IMG/VR virus record: IMGVR_UViG_3300025687_000013
Length of the DNA stretch: 40,000 nucleotides
Strand: one strand, 5' to 3'
Source of the DNA: a virus
Below are positions 24,592 through 33,305 of the stretch, piece by piece. The translations under genes and the position numbers were made by a program. Below the pieces are notes generated by a model that ran no database searches, was not told the origin of the DNA, and saw nothing but the letters and a program-made list of their open reading frames with translations. How positions within the stretch are numbered: position 1 is the stretch's first letter; the number at the start of each line of letters is the position of its first letter.

Positions 24592-25059
24592 TCATCGGTT
24601 CAGCTCGTTGAGAATCGCTTGAACCAGTCGCTCAGTGTTGGCCAGTTTTTGTTGGGTCTTGGCCTCCGTCTTAATAGCCTGAGCTTTGTTGGGGTCTAGC
24701 TTGGCTAGTTCTGCCTTGAACTTCTGGGCAGTCAGAATGCCTGACTTGGCAGCTTCCTTCCACTTACGTGAGCGCCAGTGAGCGCCTGCTGTGAGTAGGC
24801 CCAGTGCTGCTGTGGCCACAGCTCCAGACCAGGGGAATGGGGCAACGTCTCCAGCAACCTGAATGCTGCTTGATACCACTGGTCGAATTGTCCAACCGTT
24901 TGTGCTGACCACTTCCATCTGGGCCCCTTCAGGGCTGGTGATGATGTTAGTGGTGGTGACAGGGTCGTAGAGTGCGTTGCCAATAGCCTCTGGCATCTGG
25001 CATCCAGACAAGAACCAGGCAGCCGATAGGAGGGCTGCCATTTCAATCGCTTTTTTCAT
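24592..25059 (-). CDS. lipoprotein with internal TM segment and coiled-coil tail (spanin-like lysis protein candidate)
   Basis: The internal start gives MKKAIEMAALLSAAWFLSGC, a signal peptide plus lipobox. There is a hydrophobic segment WSGAVATAALGLLTAGAHW and a basic coiled-coil C-terminus. The gene overlaps the holin-like gene by 17 nt. Confidence 0.45.
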   Translation of the reverse strand: MKKAIEMAALLSAAWFLSGCQMPEAIGNALYDPVTTTNIITSPEGAQMEVVSTNGWTIRPVVSSSIQVAGDVAPFPWSGAVATAALGLLTAGAHWRSRKWKEAAKSGILTAQKFKAELAKLDPNKAQAIKTEAKTQQKLANTERLVQAILNELNR

Positions 25060-25240
25060 CGTGCTTTTCGCCTTTGATAATTTTGGTCCAGACGACCACA
25101 CACTTACCAAGCATGTAGCCAGCAGTGGCTAGGGCTATGCCAAGCCTGGCCCAGCCTTCCATTCCTTCTGTCCAGGACACTGTCCAACCGATTGCCCCAA
25201 TGCACAGAAACCTGATTGCATCAGTAGCCTCGTTTGCCAC
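25043..25240 (-). CDS. holin candidate (two TM segments, charged C-terminus)
   Basis: 65 aa, with AIRFLCIGAIGWTVSW and WARLGIALATAGYMLGKCVVVW followed by KIIKGEKHDEKSD. GTG start preceded by AAAAAAGGGGGAAAGAAGG. Confidence 0.45.
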   Translation of the reverse strand: MANEATDAIRFLCIGAIGWTVSWTEGMEGWARLGIALATAGYMLGKCVVVWTKIIKGEKHDEKSD

Positions 25241-25273
25241 CCTTCTTTCCCCCTTTTTTAGTTCCCTTGCCCA

Positions 25274-25567
25274 TTAGTATTTCCCTTGTCTTCCTTTAGG
25301 GTTGCTAGTCTTCCTGCCACCAGACTTCCAGAGTTCAGTGCAGGCTAAGTGTCGAGCAGTTCCAGGCTTGGCTGAACTGCACTTGTGACGTGCTTTAAAC
25401 GATGAACGAGCTGCCTTGGAATAGTTGTTGCCATAGCCTTTGGCCCCAGCATGAACCAGTTTCTTCTCTCCCCCAGGAAGGCAGTATAACTTCATTATCT
25501 TTTTGCCTGGTCGAGAGCTGGCCTTAACCTGGCCACACTTCATCGATGCTTTAGGTGACTTAGCCAT
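25274..25567 (-). CDS. highly basic small protein (hypothetical; possible nucleic-acid binding)
   Basis: 97 aa, K/R/G-rich (for example GKKIMKLYCLPGGEKKLVHAGAKGYGNNYSKAARSSFKARHKC). Confidence 0.5.
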   Translation of the reverse strand: MAKSPKASMKCGQVKASSRPGKKIMKLYCLPGGEKKLVHAGAKGYGNNYSKAARSSFKARHKCSSAKPGTARHLACTELWKSGGRKTSNPKGRQGKY

Positions 25568-25905
25568 CAGGCCCAGACCCTTCTAGGGGTCGCTGGGGTT
25601 GGGTCTACAAGGAAGGCATCTAAGTGTTCTGAGGTCTCACCCTCTAAACACCTCACGTTCACATGCCAACCGGGTTGAGCCACCGGGGCTTCCACCTCAT
25701 TGCCCTCGGCATCCCAAGAGCCCCCGGTGTAGATCACACCGAGCGTGTCGATGTTTCGGAATTTGGGCCGGTATTCCCAATCGGTGGCCACGCGCTCGGC
25801 CTCGGGGTCGTCGTTTGGCTCCCAAGCTATCGCGACTTTATCGTAGAGGTTTTGCTTCGCCTCTTCTTCACTGGCGAACTTCAACATTAAGTCTTGGTAA
25901 TGCAT
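25567..25905 (-). CDS. hypothetical protein
   Basis: 112-aa acidic ORF with a 1-nt overlap to the next gene. Confidence 0.5.
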   Translation of the reverse strand: MHYQDLMLKFASEEEAKQNLYDKVAIAWEPNDDPEAERVATDWEYRPKFRNIDTLGVIYTGGSWDAEGNEVEAPVAQPGWHVNVRCLEGETSEHLDAFLVDPTPATPRRVWA

Positions 25906-25928
25906 ATCTTGTGATTGGTGGTCTGTTG

Positions 25929-27779
25929 TTACTTCGTGAGGGCTGAGACATTAGCTGCCGAAAGCCCTACATTGTAGAGCGAGACATTTCGGATGTGGCC
26001 ATCTAGGTGGAGTTGTGACGCTGAGTAGCTGCCAATTTGAAGCTTATCAAACTGAACACTTGCAGTGTCGGCATTGCTCATTGTTGCGGCGGTGGCTCCG
26101 TCGAACGATGCGTTGGCAGTTGTTCCGTCGAGTCCGATAGCTACTTTGTGGAACCCAGTTCCAGCCCCAGATTTGCTGGTCAACTCGGTTGTGCCGCCGC
26201 TGGTATTAGCCACCCAGACGTAGCCTGTGCCAGAGTAGACTTGAGGGTCAATGCGAAGTCCAGTGTCACCAGACTTGAGGACCATCACTCTGCGATATTG
26301 TGCATCGTTGGCGTTGGTATCAAACTCAGCCACCGCACTGACTGCGTTGCCTATCTGGTTTTGGCCGATTGCGGCCATGGTCACAGAGGCAGAATCAGCT
26401 GCTTTCGTGGTCGCTGACCCCTCGGCTTTGAGGTAGCTGTATGCGTGACTGCTTTGAGTCAGGTTCGCGCCCCAGAGTAAGACTGACCCGTAGCCATTGC
26501 CGGTGTAAGTAAACGTGCTACCGTCCTCGCATGTGTAGAAATACACCGGGCCGTTGTTTGTGTTTGAGGTGGTAAACGTCATTTGCAGACGATACCAACC
26601 GTTGCCGCAACTAGTGCTTGAAAACGAGCCTCCACCTGAAGTAGTTGTCACGGACCCGTCAGACAGGCTAAAAATTCCGTAGGTGTTAGCTCCTCCGATA
26701 TTGGTATAAATCATCGCGTGGCTGCGTCCGGCAGCTTTAGCGAAAATCGTTGAGGTGTAGCTTGTGCTTGCGGAAACAGATGCCAGAGGCTGTTGACGGA
26801 CGTTGTGGGTGTTTGTTGTTGGGCTAGTTTCAGCAGCTTCGACCAATAGGTCGGCGGACAACGTACCATCAGGAGCAACGCCAGCATTAGCTTGAACCGT
26901 GCCGTTACTTACAGTCCAACTCGCATTATCAAGCTCCTCGCTTCGAAGCATGTGCTGCTCGAATTGGCTTTCAACCAACAAACCCATAGACGCTGAGTCA
27001 GACGCTGAATGCTCAAACCTCGGCGCATTGATTGCGGCTGTTTGTAACGTGGGCGCATACTCACGGTGAATTTGGGTTGTCGTGGCTTGATAGTCCGTAG
27101 CGCCAGTGGAAGTCAGCGATGCAAATGCTAGGTCGATTGAGCTAGTGCCATCGCCCGTGTAATAAACCAAACCATAGTTGTTTGCCGCTGGCGTTGCCGT
27201 GTTGCTCAACGATATTTGAGCCGTGGTAATGGAAGCCGATGCAGTGGCTTTGAAAACGCATTTGTAATACCCGTTACCCGATGCGGTTTGCGTGGCTGAC
27301 AGATTTGTCAGAGTGCTGTTGGAACCGTTATCAGTGTGAGTCGCCCCTCCAGCTAAATCAAATGTGGCCAAAGCGCCGCCAAGCGAACCGCCACCAGACG
27401 ACCCGAATGTCAGGTTCAGGTAGCGTGTCCCTGAGTTGCGTTTTGCGTATACCGTCAAAGCCAGTTCGCCAGTGGCGGTAGGTGACTGAGAAAGCCGATG
27501 GAAAGCCGCAGCCCCATCTTCAACCAGCGTGAAACCATCAGTGCCTCCAGAGGGGTCAGTCTGGCCACCAGTTTTTGCTGAAAGCCCCTGATTATACCAA
27601 GTCGTGTCAAAGTCGCTTGACTGAAGAAACAGGTTTTCGCTGGAGAGGTGTTTGTCCGTGCCGAAATACGTCCCAGTGGTGCTGCGACTGTAGCTGATGC
27701 GAGAATCCAGCCTACCAGCATTTGCAGCGTCTAGGGTGAATATTGGTCGCTGGGTAGGGAAGCTTTCCGAATACGACAT
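25929..27779 (-). CDS. tail fibre / receptor-binding protein with repeated carbohydrate-binding-like modules and LamG/concanavalin-like C-terminus
   Basis: Two similar modules are present: SENLFLQSSDFDTTWYNQG...TVYAKRNSGTRYLNL and SEELDNASWTVSNGTVQANAGVAPDGTLSADLL...TIFAKAAGRSHAMIY. The C-terminus reads LDGHIRNVSLYNVGLSAANVSAL. Confidence 0.65.
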   Translation of the reverse strand: MSYSESFPTQRPIFTLDAANAGRLDSRISYSRSTTGTYFGTDKHLSSENLFLQSSDFDTTWYNQGLSAKTGGQTDPSGGTDGFTLVEDGAAAFHRLSQSPTATGELALTVYAKRNSGTRYLNLTFGSSGGGSLGGALATFDLAGGATHTDNGSNSTLTNLSATQTASGNGYYKCVFKATASASITTAQISLSNTATPAANNYGLVYYTGDGTSSIDLAFASLTSTGATDYQATTTQIHREYAPTLQTAAINAPRFEHSASDSASMGLLVESQFEQHMLRSEELDNASWTVSNGTVQANAGVAPDGTLSADLLVEAAETSPTTNTHNVRQQPLASVSASTSYTSTIFAKAAGRSHAMIYTNIGGANTYGIFSLSDGSVTTTSGGGSFSSTSCGNGWYRLQMTFTTSNTNNGPVYFYTCEDGSTFTYTGNGYGSVLLWGANLTQSSHAYSYLKAEGSATTKAADSASVTMAAIGQNQIGNAVSAVAEFDTNANDAQYRRVMVLKSGDTGLRIDPQVYSGTGYVWVANTSGGTTELTSKSGAGTGFHKVAIGLDGTTANASFDGATAATMSNADTASVQFDKLQIGSYSASQLHLDGHIRNVSLYNVGLSAANVSALTK

Positions 27780-27781
27780 GC

Positions 27782-28075
27782 TTATGCCTCGGTTGGGGTT
27801 TCAGTAACGTCTGATGCTCCATCAGTTGCCACTGGCTCGGCTGGCAGCGATGCCTGATAGGCAGCAATCACCTCATCAGTCCAAGTTGCGTTTGCGATTG
27901 CGACAACTTTGTCGGGCTGCCCCGTCAGGTCATCGCCGGGGCAGAGGCAATAGCGGCTGAAATTTGCCGCTACCTCGTTGCCGTCTTTAATGATTTGATG
28001 ACGTTGGCGAACTTGAAGTGTGCCAGTAGCCAACACTTCGATTTTGTCGCAAATGGTGATTTCTTCTAATGCCAT
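27782..28075 (-). CDS. hypothetical protein
   Basis: 97-aa ORF between two fibre-like genes. Confidence 0.5.
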   Translation of the reverse strand: MALEEITICDKIEVLATGTLQVRQRHQIIKDGNEVAANFSRYCLCPGDDLTGQPDKVVAIANATWTDEVIAAYQASLPAEPVATDGASDVTETPTEA

Positions 28076-28125
28076 AATTGTATTTGTGTTTTGGTCCGTC
28101 CCAGCATCCAGCCGGGGTAAATTGG

Positions 28126-29274
28126 TTATGCGGCAAAGTAGGTTAGGCCGATGTAGATAATTTCATCGCCGCTAAAATCTGCGGCGGTAGCAACCGAACT
28201 TGCTGCGGTGTTTTTGTAGATTCGGAAATACGTTTGCCCTTCGAGCGCCAGTATGGAGTAATCACCAGAGTTACCAGCAGCGTTGTAGATGAAGCAAGAC
28301 CCTGAGGCGTTGGCACTGCCTTTGTATTCGTTTGCGACCTCAAACGGAAGCGGCACAGTTATGTAGTTACCAACCGGGCTTGAAACACTGCTGAGAACCA
28401 TTACACCAGTAATGCTAACTTTGCGCCCCACTTTGGTGTAGCTCAGGTTATCGTTGCCAGTGTCCACAGTCATTGTCCCACTCGCTGCCGGAGTTGCGGT
28501 GACAACTAGGCGTCCTTCTTCGTAGTCATCAAGTAAGCCAGATTCGACGGTTGGAGTATTTACACCCGTAGTCGTTGACCCGAAATCTATTCCCACCCCA
28601 GCCGCGTAGGCCACCAGATTTCCAGAGTTATTAATCTGCCACTGCGTGGTTGCGGCGGTTCCGAAATTGAGCAAGTTGGAACCTTGATTGTAACCTATGT
28701 AACCCCGATAGAGCGCGTCACCGGACGTGCCATCTGCGAAATAAATGCTCCCAGAATTGCCGCTTCCGCTGACAATCGTCATGCCCCGATGGCCTGATGT
28801 GTCACCTACAACTAGGTCGTCGGCAGATGGGTGGTAGCTACTCGGAGAGTTGTTCCCGATGCCGACGTTGCCGTCTTCTTGAACCACAAAATTTGTGCTG
28901 CTCCCATCAGTGACAGTCAGTGCCTGAGTGGTAGCCGTGCCTGTGGTGGACTCGACCTCAAGCTTAGCGGCTGACACTCCGTCTGCGTCTTGAAACGCCA
29001 TTGTTCCAAGCATGGAGTTCAAACTGACCTCGTTACCTGCACTCCCAACGTCAGGTATCTCCATGTTGAGCTTGGAGGTGTCCAGGCTGGCGACATCACT
29101 CAGGTTGTTGCTCTCCTCTAGGTAGGTGCCCGATACGCCAGAGCTGACCTCATTGATGAGATCGGCCTTGGCCATTTTTCTGGTGCCTGCTGTGCTGCCA
29201 TCAACCGCGATAAAGTCATCGCTATTGAGAGTGGTTGCGGCAGTTGAAATGTCTTTAATGCGTGTGTTGGCCAT
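28126..29274 (-). CDS. tail fibre-like structural protein
   Basis: The N-terminus MANTRIKDISTAATTLNSDDFIAVDGSTAGTRKMAKADL is a pattern common to phage fibre/spike N-termini. The remainder is S/T/G-rich beta-type sequence. Confidence 0.6.
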   Translation of the reverse strand: MANTRIKDISTAATTLNSDDFIAVDGSTAGTRKMAKADLINEVSSGVSGTYLEESNNLSDVASLDTSKLNMEIPDVGSAGNEVSLNSMLGTMAFQDADGVSAAKLEVESTTGTATTQALTVTDGSSTNFVVQEDGNVGIGNNSPSSYHPSADDLVVGDTSGHRGMTIVSGSGNSGSIYFADGTSGDALYRGYIGYNQGSNLLNFGTAATTQWQINNSGNLVAYAAGVGIDFGSTTTGVNTPTVESGLLDDYEEGRLVVTATPAASGTMTVDTGNDNLSYTKVGRKVSITGVMVLSSVSSPVGNYITVPLPFEVANEYKGSANASGSCFIYNAAGNSGDYSILALEGQTYFRIYKNTAASSVATAADFSGDEIIYIGLTYFAA

Positions 29275-29279
29275 GGTCG

Positions 29280-29435
29280 TTAATTATCTGAATAGTCTGC
29301 TATCACCAGGAACTCGTTCGCCTCAGTAATAAAGTTGTCTCCATCATCAAAGGTCAGGAAATACTCATTGACGATGACGTCACTGTTAGTCGTTGGGCTA
29401 AACCCGAACCCAGTTCCTAGACCCGCATTGTTCAT
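29280..29435 (-). CDS. small hypothetical protein (51 aa)
   Basis: ATG 29435 overlaps the stop of the upstream ORF as ATGA. The ORF-track version (from a TTG at 29492) is probably too long. Confidence 0.4.
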   Translation of the reverse strand: MNNAGLGTGFGFSPTTNSDVIVNEYFLTFDDGDNFITEANEFLVIADYSDN

Positions 29436-29725
29436 GCGTCGTATGCCGTAATAGCTCCAGTGCTGACCACAATCTGGGTCGCTGAACAGCAACGCCAGGT
29501 GCTACCTGCCTGGAGAGATATGTTGGTCAGTGTGCCAGTCAGATTAGGGCTGGTGACACTGGACAAGATGGTTGAGGTGTGAGCGAAGATGTAACTGAAG
29601 CTTCCGTTCAGTGTCCCTGCCCCGTTCTGGTAGGTCCCAGTGCTGGAGCCAAAGTGACCATCGTCACCCACTCTGACAGTGCGATATTTGTCGTTGTTAT
29701 CTACTCCGGTAATTAGTGCTGGCAT
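29432..29725 (-). CDS. hypothetical small structural-region protein
   Basis: 97-aa ORF. Its ATG lies 10 nt downstream of a 13-mer motif copy. Confidence 0.45.
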   Translation of the reverse strand: MPALITGVDNNDKYRTVRVGDDGHFGSSTGTYQNGAGTLNGSFSYIFAHTSTILSSVTSPNLTGTLTNISLQAGSTWRCCSATQIVVSTGAITAYDA

Positions 29726-29735
29726 AGTGTGAGTG

Positions 29736-29748
29736 GGTGTCAGTCACC
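29736..29748 (-). promoter_or_regulatory. 13-mer motif copy (minus-strand sense), exact
   Basis: The plus strand reads GGTGTCAGTCACC. It is intergenic, 10 nt upstream of the start at 29725. Confidence 0.6.
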
Positions 29749-29761
29749 CAGGTTAAAAAAA

Positions 29762-30493
29762 TTAGTAGGTCATTACTTCCAGCCGGGTTGTTTGGCCCTG
29801 CTGGGTGTGAAGTTTCAGAAGTTCATGGTCCAGGGCTCCTCTTGCGTCTGACTCGGCTACCCTGGCCCTGTCGAGTTCTCCGTTGTGTCGCAGATAGTCT
29901 GCGTAGGCTCCCCTGATCAGGTAGTCAGAGAAGATGTTTGGAACGCTTACCAGTGACCAGTAGCTGCCCTGGGTGTATGGGCTGTAATCAGCCCCAGAAG
30001 GGACGTCCTGGGTGGCGATGTAAAAGTTGCCGTGAGTGTTGTCGTATACGTGATCTCCGATCAGGTAGGACTTGCTCTGGCTGTAAAGCTCTCCAGCAAA
30101 CTCTGGAGCTAACTTTCGGAACAACACATAGACCTGAGTGTAGTTGGCCGAAATCTGAACACCATTCTCAGAGAGATAGAACGCCAGGCTCTGGACGTCT
30201 GTGTTGGCCTTGGGCGACTTGTTCCAGACCGTGAATACTTCTGACATCTCGGTCTGGCCCGGTTGATCAAGGGCTATGTAGTTTCCCTCGTCCCCTCCAC
30301 TCTGGGTAACAGTGCGTTGTTCAGTGGCGCAGGTTTCTGGCCACTTGGCAGCTTCCCATCCGAACCGAATACGACGACTAATCAGGTCCCTGATAAGACG
30401 CCACTCGGTTGTGGCGAGGGTGTCGTGATCGATACCCGCCAGGTTGCAGACCTGTTTCAGGACAGTTCTATAGTTGAGTGGCTTATGAGCCAT
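29762..30493 (-). CDS. hypothetical virion protein (position suggests head-tail connector/adaptor)
   Basis: 243-aa ORF two genes downstream of the capsid gene. No motif recognised. Confidence 0.35.
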   Translation of the reverse strand: MAHKPLNYRTVLKQVCNLAGIDHDTLATTEWRLIRDLISRRIRFGWEAAKWPETCATEQRTVTQSGGDEGNYIALDQPGQTEMSEVFTVWNKSPKANTDVQSLAFYLSENGVQISANYTQVYVLFRKLAPEFAGELYSQSKSYLIGDHVYDNTHGNFYIATQDVPSGADYSPYTQGSYWSLVSVPNIFSDYLIRGAYADYLRHNGELDRARVAESDARGALDHELLKLHTQQGQTTRLEVMTY

Positions 30494-30797
30494 ACCCCAC
30501 CTGAATCTTGCCAGTGCCCTGTGACTTCACTCGAAGTTCAGGGTTGTTCTTGGCCATGTATTTTCGGAAATCAGGGTCCTTCCAGATTTCCTTGCCTTCT
30601 CGGCGGGTCCACTCGTTGTAGACCTTGGAGTCAATCTCCATGGTGGCTCGGCCAAGGCCTTCGACAGATCGTTTACCGCCTCTGTTTTGCTTGGCGATTT
30701 CGGCCTGCCGTTTGATCGCCTCTGCATGACGTTGGTCGTAGGAGTCGATGTGGCGGTTGGCGAGCTTCTCTCGAACTTGGTCTGTGATGTCTGCCAT
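30483..30797 (-). CDS. hypothetical protein
   Basis: The likely start is ATG 30797 (MADITDQV...) rather than GTG 30809. It is basic and helical, and is the first gene after the post-capsid hairpins. Confidence 0.5.
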   Translation of the reverse strand: MADITDQVREKLANRHIDSYDQRHAEAIKRQAEIAKQNRGGKRSVEGLGRATMEIDSKVYNEWTRREGKEIWKDPDFRKYMAKNNPELRVKSQGTGKIQVGYGS

Positions 30798-30815
30798 AAA
30801 TTTGGTCACCCCGTA

Positions 30816-30908
30816 GGGAGAGAGGGTTTCCCCTCTCCCCCAGGAGGTGTGTGTTGCGTGACCAGGTGACCCACACCTGGAATTGTTCTAGAGTTGTTGC
30901 AACAACTC
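30816..30908 (-). terminator. cluster of three hairpins immediately downstream of the capsid gene (terminator / attenuator / RNA-stabiliser candidate)
   Basis: An 18-bp perfect palindrome GAGTTGTTGCAACAACTC (30891-30908) abuts the capsid stop. A second hairpin is CCAGGTG-accca-CACCTGG (30862-30880). A third, imperfect G/C-rich hairpin is GGGAGAGAGGGTTTCCCCTCTCCCC (30816-30840). No clean U-tract follows any of them. Confidence 0.45.
30865..30877 (+). promoter_or_regulatory. 13-mer motif variant (GGTGACCCACACC, 11/13) embedded in a 7-bp-arm hairpin
   Basis: It differs from GGTGACTGACACC only at the two central positions. Flanking bases extend it to the inverted repeat CCAGGTG/CACCTGG. Confidence 0.35.
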
Positions 30909-31943
30909 TTAGAGAGCAGGGCTGAATTGCCCCAACCCGATTGGGTTGCGAACCTGGAGGGCTGCGCGAGCTTCGATCAGGAAGCGATCACCAGCACCTC
31001 GGTCCTCGAATTTCTCGACCGTTGGTTGCTTCTGCATACGCAGGTCGATCTTGTCCATGTCGAGCAGGTAGCCACGGCCAGCTTCCTGAGAGGAGCCAAC
31101 TGCTGCGTCCTGGAACCCGATGAAGTTGTCAGCGATGACCTCGATGGTTCCGAAGTCGCCCTCGAAGATCGTGGTGGAGTTCGTGACCTTCTTGCTATCA
31201 CCGTCGATGTTGAAATTGCGAGCGGTGTAGCCAGCAGTTGCAATCGTGCGGGTGAAGTCAGTGAAGGCACGGCGCAGGGTTGCGTCGCAGAACAGCTTGT
31301 AGTCGCCCATCATGCCAGTGGCGCTCCAGATGGTCTGGAGAAGAGCCTGGATGTCAGACTCAGTGATGGAAGCGGTTGCAGTTCCGATGATCTGACCAGC
31401 GGCAGGACGGAAGGCGGCAGGCACTGCAAGCAGAGACTGTCCACCAACAGAACCAGCACCAGCGGTGGTCAGGTTTGCGGTGTCACGTATCCAGACGCCC
31501 AGACCACGGGTCAAGTAAGCGTTGGAACCGTTGTCAACCTGGTGTTCTTGATCGCTCAAGCAGGTAGCCTCGATGTCGCGAATCAGCTCAACGCCTTTGA
31601 CGGAGATGCTGTTTGCGATTTCATCACTCACACCAGCAACAACCGAAACGTCCTGGGCCAGGCGGGAAACCTGGGCGCTACGACGGAAGGTCTGTAGGTA
31701 GGTGGAGATGATGGCACGGTTCGCGGCAGCGTTCTCGTAGGATGTGACATCGGTGCCATCGACAGTTCCACCGAGCGTTGCTGCACCGTAGGTGTCAACA
31801 GGCCACTCTAGGTAGGTGTTCTGTGGTGTGGTCCCCTTGTTGACAAGGGACATGAATGGGGTGGCTTTCTCGTCCACCCGTGTTAACAAATCAAGCAGGT
31901 CCTCGCGTTTTGCGACCTGATCTTTTTCCAATAGCATTGCCAT
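30909..31943 (-). CDS. major capsid protein (HK97 fold, SU10/DUF5309-like pattern)
   Basis: 344 aa, directly after the scaffold-like gene. EDLLDLLTRVDEKATPFMSLVNKGTTPQNTYLEWPVDTYG and RAIISTYLQTFRRSAQVSRLAQ match the conserved N-terminal blocks of this capsid family as I recall them. Confidence 0.85.
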   Translation of the reverse strand: MAMLLEKDQVAKREDLLDLLTRVDEKATPFMSLVNKGTTPQNTYLEWPVDTYGAATLGGTVDGTDVTSYENAAANRAIISTYLQTFRRSAQVSRLAQDVSVVAGVSDEIANSISVKGVELIRDIEATCLSDQEHQVDNGSNAYLTRGLGVWIRDTANLTTAGAGSVGGQSLLAVPAAFRPAAGQIIGTATASITESDIQALLQTIWSATGMMGDYKLFCDATLRRAFTDFTRTIATAGYTARNFNIDGDSKKVTNSTTIFEGDFGTIEVIADNFIGFQDAAVGSSQEAGRGYLLDMDKIDLRMQKQPTVEKFEDRGAGDRFLIEARAALQVRNPIGLGQFSPAL

Positions 31944-31948
31944 AATTT

Positions 31949-32965
31949 TTAGCCTTTCAAGAATGCCGCAGTGATGAAGTCTCTGAGACCGTCCTTGGAA
32001 CCGGTTTGCATCACACGTTTCTTGGCTCTGGCAATTGAGTCTTCGCTTGAAGAGACACTCTTCTGAGCTGAAGGCCTTCCTGGTTGGGGCGTTGGGTCAG
32101 GTGTTCTTGTCGGTGCTTTTGCCTGATTGGCCTGCTCTTGCTCCAAGTAAAAGCCCACTAGGGCTCGCGCAAGATAGAGGTCCACATCGGGCAGGTGCTT
32201 AATTGCAGGGTTCGCCTGCTTTACCTGATCAACCCAAGCCCTTGCAGGGTTTTTGGGGTCCTTCAACCATGGGTATTTCTCGGCTGCGAACTCAAATGAT
32301 CGGTGTTCTGCGAGTATCTGTTTCCGTCGCTTAGGTATGTCGCTCTCCCTGGAGAACTCAGCGTTTAGACTGAGGTCTTCTAGCCAGGCTTCGACATCGT
32401 CGGGCAGGTCTTGCCCAGTGCGATTGCGAATCTCGTTTTCTACCGAATCTGGGTCTCGCCTGTAGCGACTGAGGGCACGTTTCGCCCACCTTTCCGCTTC
32501 CATGGCTTCGTCCTCAAGCCTCTCCAGTGCCTCAATTGTTGAGGCGTCCTGAATAAGGTCTGAAATGCCAGATTGTGACTTTTCCTCTGGTTGTCGCGAT
32601 TGTTTCTGTAGCTCAAACTGTTTCTCACGCAGCTCTTCGATCTCTCGTTGGAGTTCGTTCTTCTGCCATGTCAGTTTGTCCACTCGCTTACGCCAGGAGT
32701 AGTCACTGTTCGTGTTGCTCTCTGGTTCCCCTTCGCCCTCGTCAGACTGCGGCGTTGAGTCTGCTTCAGGTTCAGGGACAGGAGGTGTTTCCGTTGTCTT
32801 TTCGGAGGCAGGTTCTGGAGCAGGGCCAAGGCTTCCCTTGATCGCTTCTCTGACTGCGTCCATTGCACCAGCATTAGGTAGGGCTTCCTCCGCAGCCTGG
32901 TGTGCTGCGGTCATCACTGTTTCTTCAGACATGCTGTTTGGAACGGGTCGCAAGTAACCCTTCAC
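31949..32965 (-). CDS. scaffolding protein candidate
   Basis: 338 aa, acidic, E/Q/K-rich and coiled-coil-like (KLTWQKNELQREIEELREKQFELQKQ). It lies between the portal and the capsid gene. The start is uncertain: GTG 32965 or ATG 32932. Confidence 0.6.
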   Translation of the reverse strand: MKGYLRPVPNSMSEETVMTAAHQAAEEALPNAGAMDAVREAIKGSLGPAPEPASEKTTETPPVPEPEADSTPQSDEGEGEPESNTNSDYSWRKRVDKLTWQKNELQREIEELREKQFELQKQSRQPEEKSQSGISDLIQDASTIEALERLEDEAMEAERWAKRALSRYRRDPDSVENEIRNRTGQDLPDDVEAWLEDLSLNAEFSRESDIPKRRKQILAEHRSFEFAAEKYPWLKDPKNPARAWVDQVKQANPAIKHLPDVDLYLARALVGFYLEQEQANQAKAPTRTPDPTPQPGRPSAQKSVSSSEDSIARAKKRVMQTGSKDGLRDFITAAFLKG

Positions 32966-32993
32966 ATGGGTCTTTAGGTGCCCAAGGGACCTG

Positions 32994-33006
32994 GGTGTCA
33001 GTCACC
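32994..33006 (-). promoter_or_regulatory. 13-mer motif copy (minus-strand sense), exact
   Basis: The plus strand reads GGTGTCAGTCACC. It is intergenic, 28 nt upstream of the scaffold ORF start. Confidence 0.6.
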
Positions 33007-33038
33007 CAAGGCGAAAAGTAGAAGTTTCAGTTTTCGCG

Positions 33039-33305
33039 TCAAGGGGTAGGGTCAGATTCTTTCTCTCCCAGGGCGTCCTGGAACAGGTTCTCAAAGCCGA
33101 AATACATGTCCTGAATCATTGCCAGGCGGCCTGCTTGATAGTGCCTCTGAGAGTCGTTCAGGTCTGTTGCAGCCACACTGAAGGCTTCGCCCTTCATGGC
33201 TTCGTTGAGAATGTAGAGCAAACCCTGCCTGACAGGGTGTTCTTCAGGCATTGTGAATGCCTGTAATAGTTCATCGGGGTAGCCCCCGAACCTGTAATCA
33301 TCCAT
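33039..33305 (-). CDS. hypothetical protein
   Basis: 88-aa ORF overlapping the portal gene end by 8 nt. Confidence 0.5.
   Translation of the reverse strand: MDDYRFGGYPDELLQAFTMPEEHPVRQGLLYILNEAMKGEAFSVAATDLNDSQRHYQAGRLAMIQDMYFGFENLFQDALGEKESDPTP

Noticed and set aside
29432-29501. Possible -1 frameshift or pseudogene joining ORFs 29432..29725 and 29280..29492.
   Set aside because: No slippery heptamer lies in the overlap window. The downstream frame has an ATG at 29435 that overlaps the upstream stop as ATGA. That is the same coupling arrangement used repeatedly in this genome, so two separate small genes is the simpler reading.
30894-31697. 267-aa plus-strand ORF antisense to the capsid gene. 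Similar long antisense ORFs include 213..494, 3262..3708, 16186..16680, 24007..24543 and 25599..25946.
   Set aside because: Each lies wholly inside a minus-strand gene with strong motif or synteny support. Their translations are low-complexity (R/S/G/L/P-rich) with no motifs. They are shadow ORFs of the kind expected opposite genes with biased codon usage.
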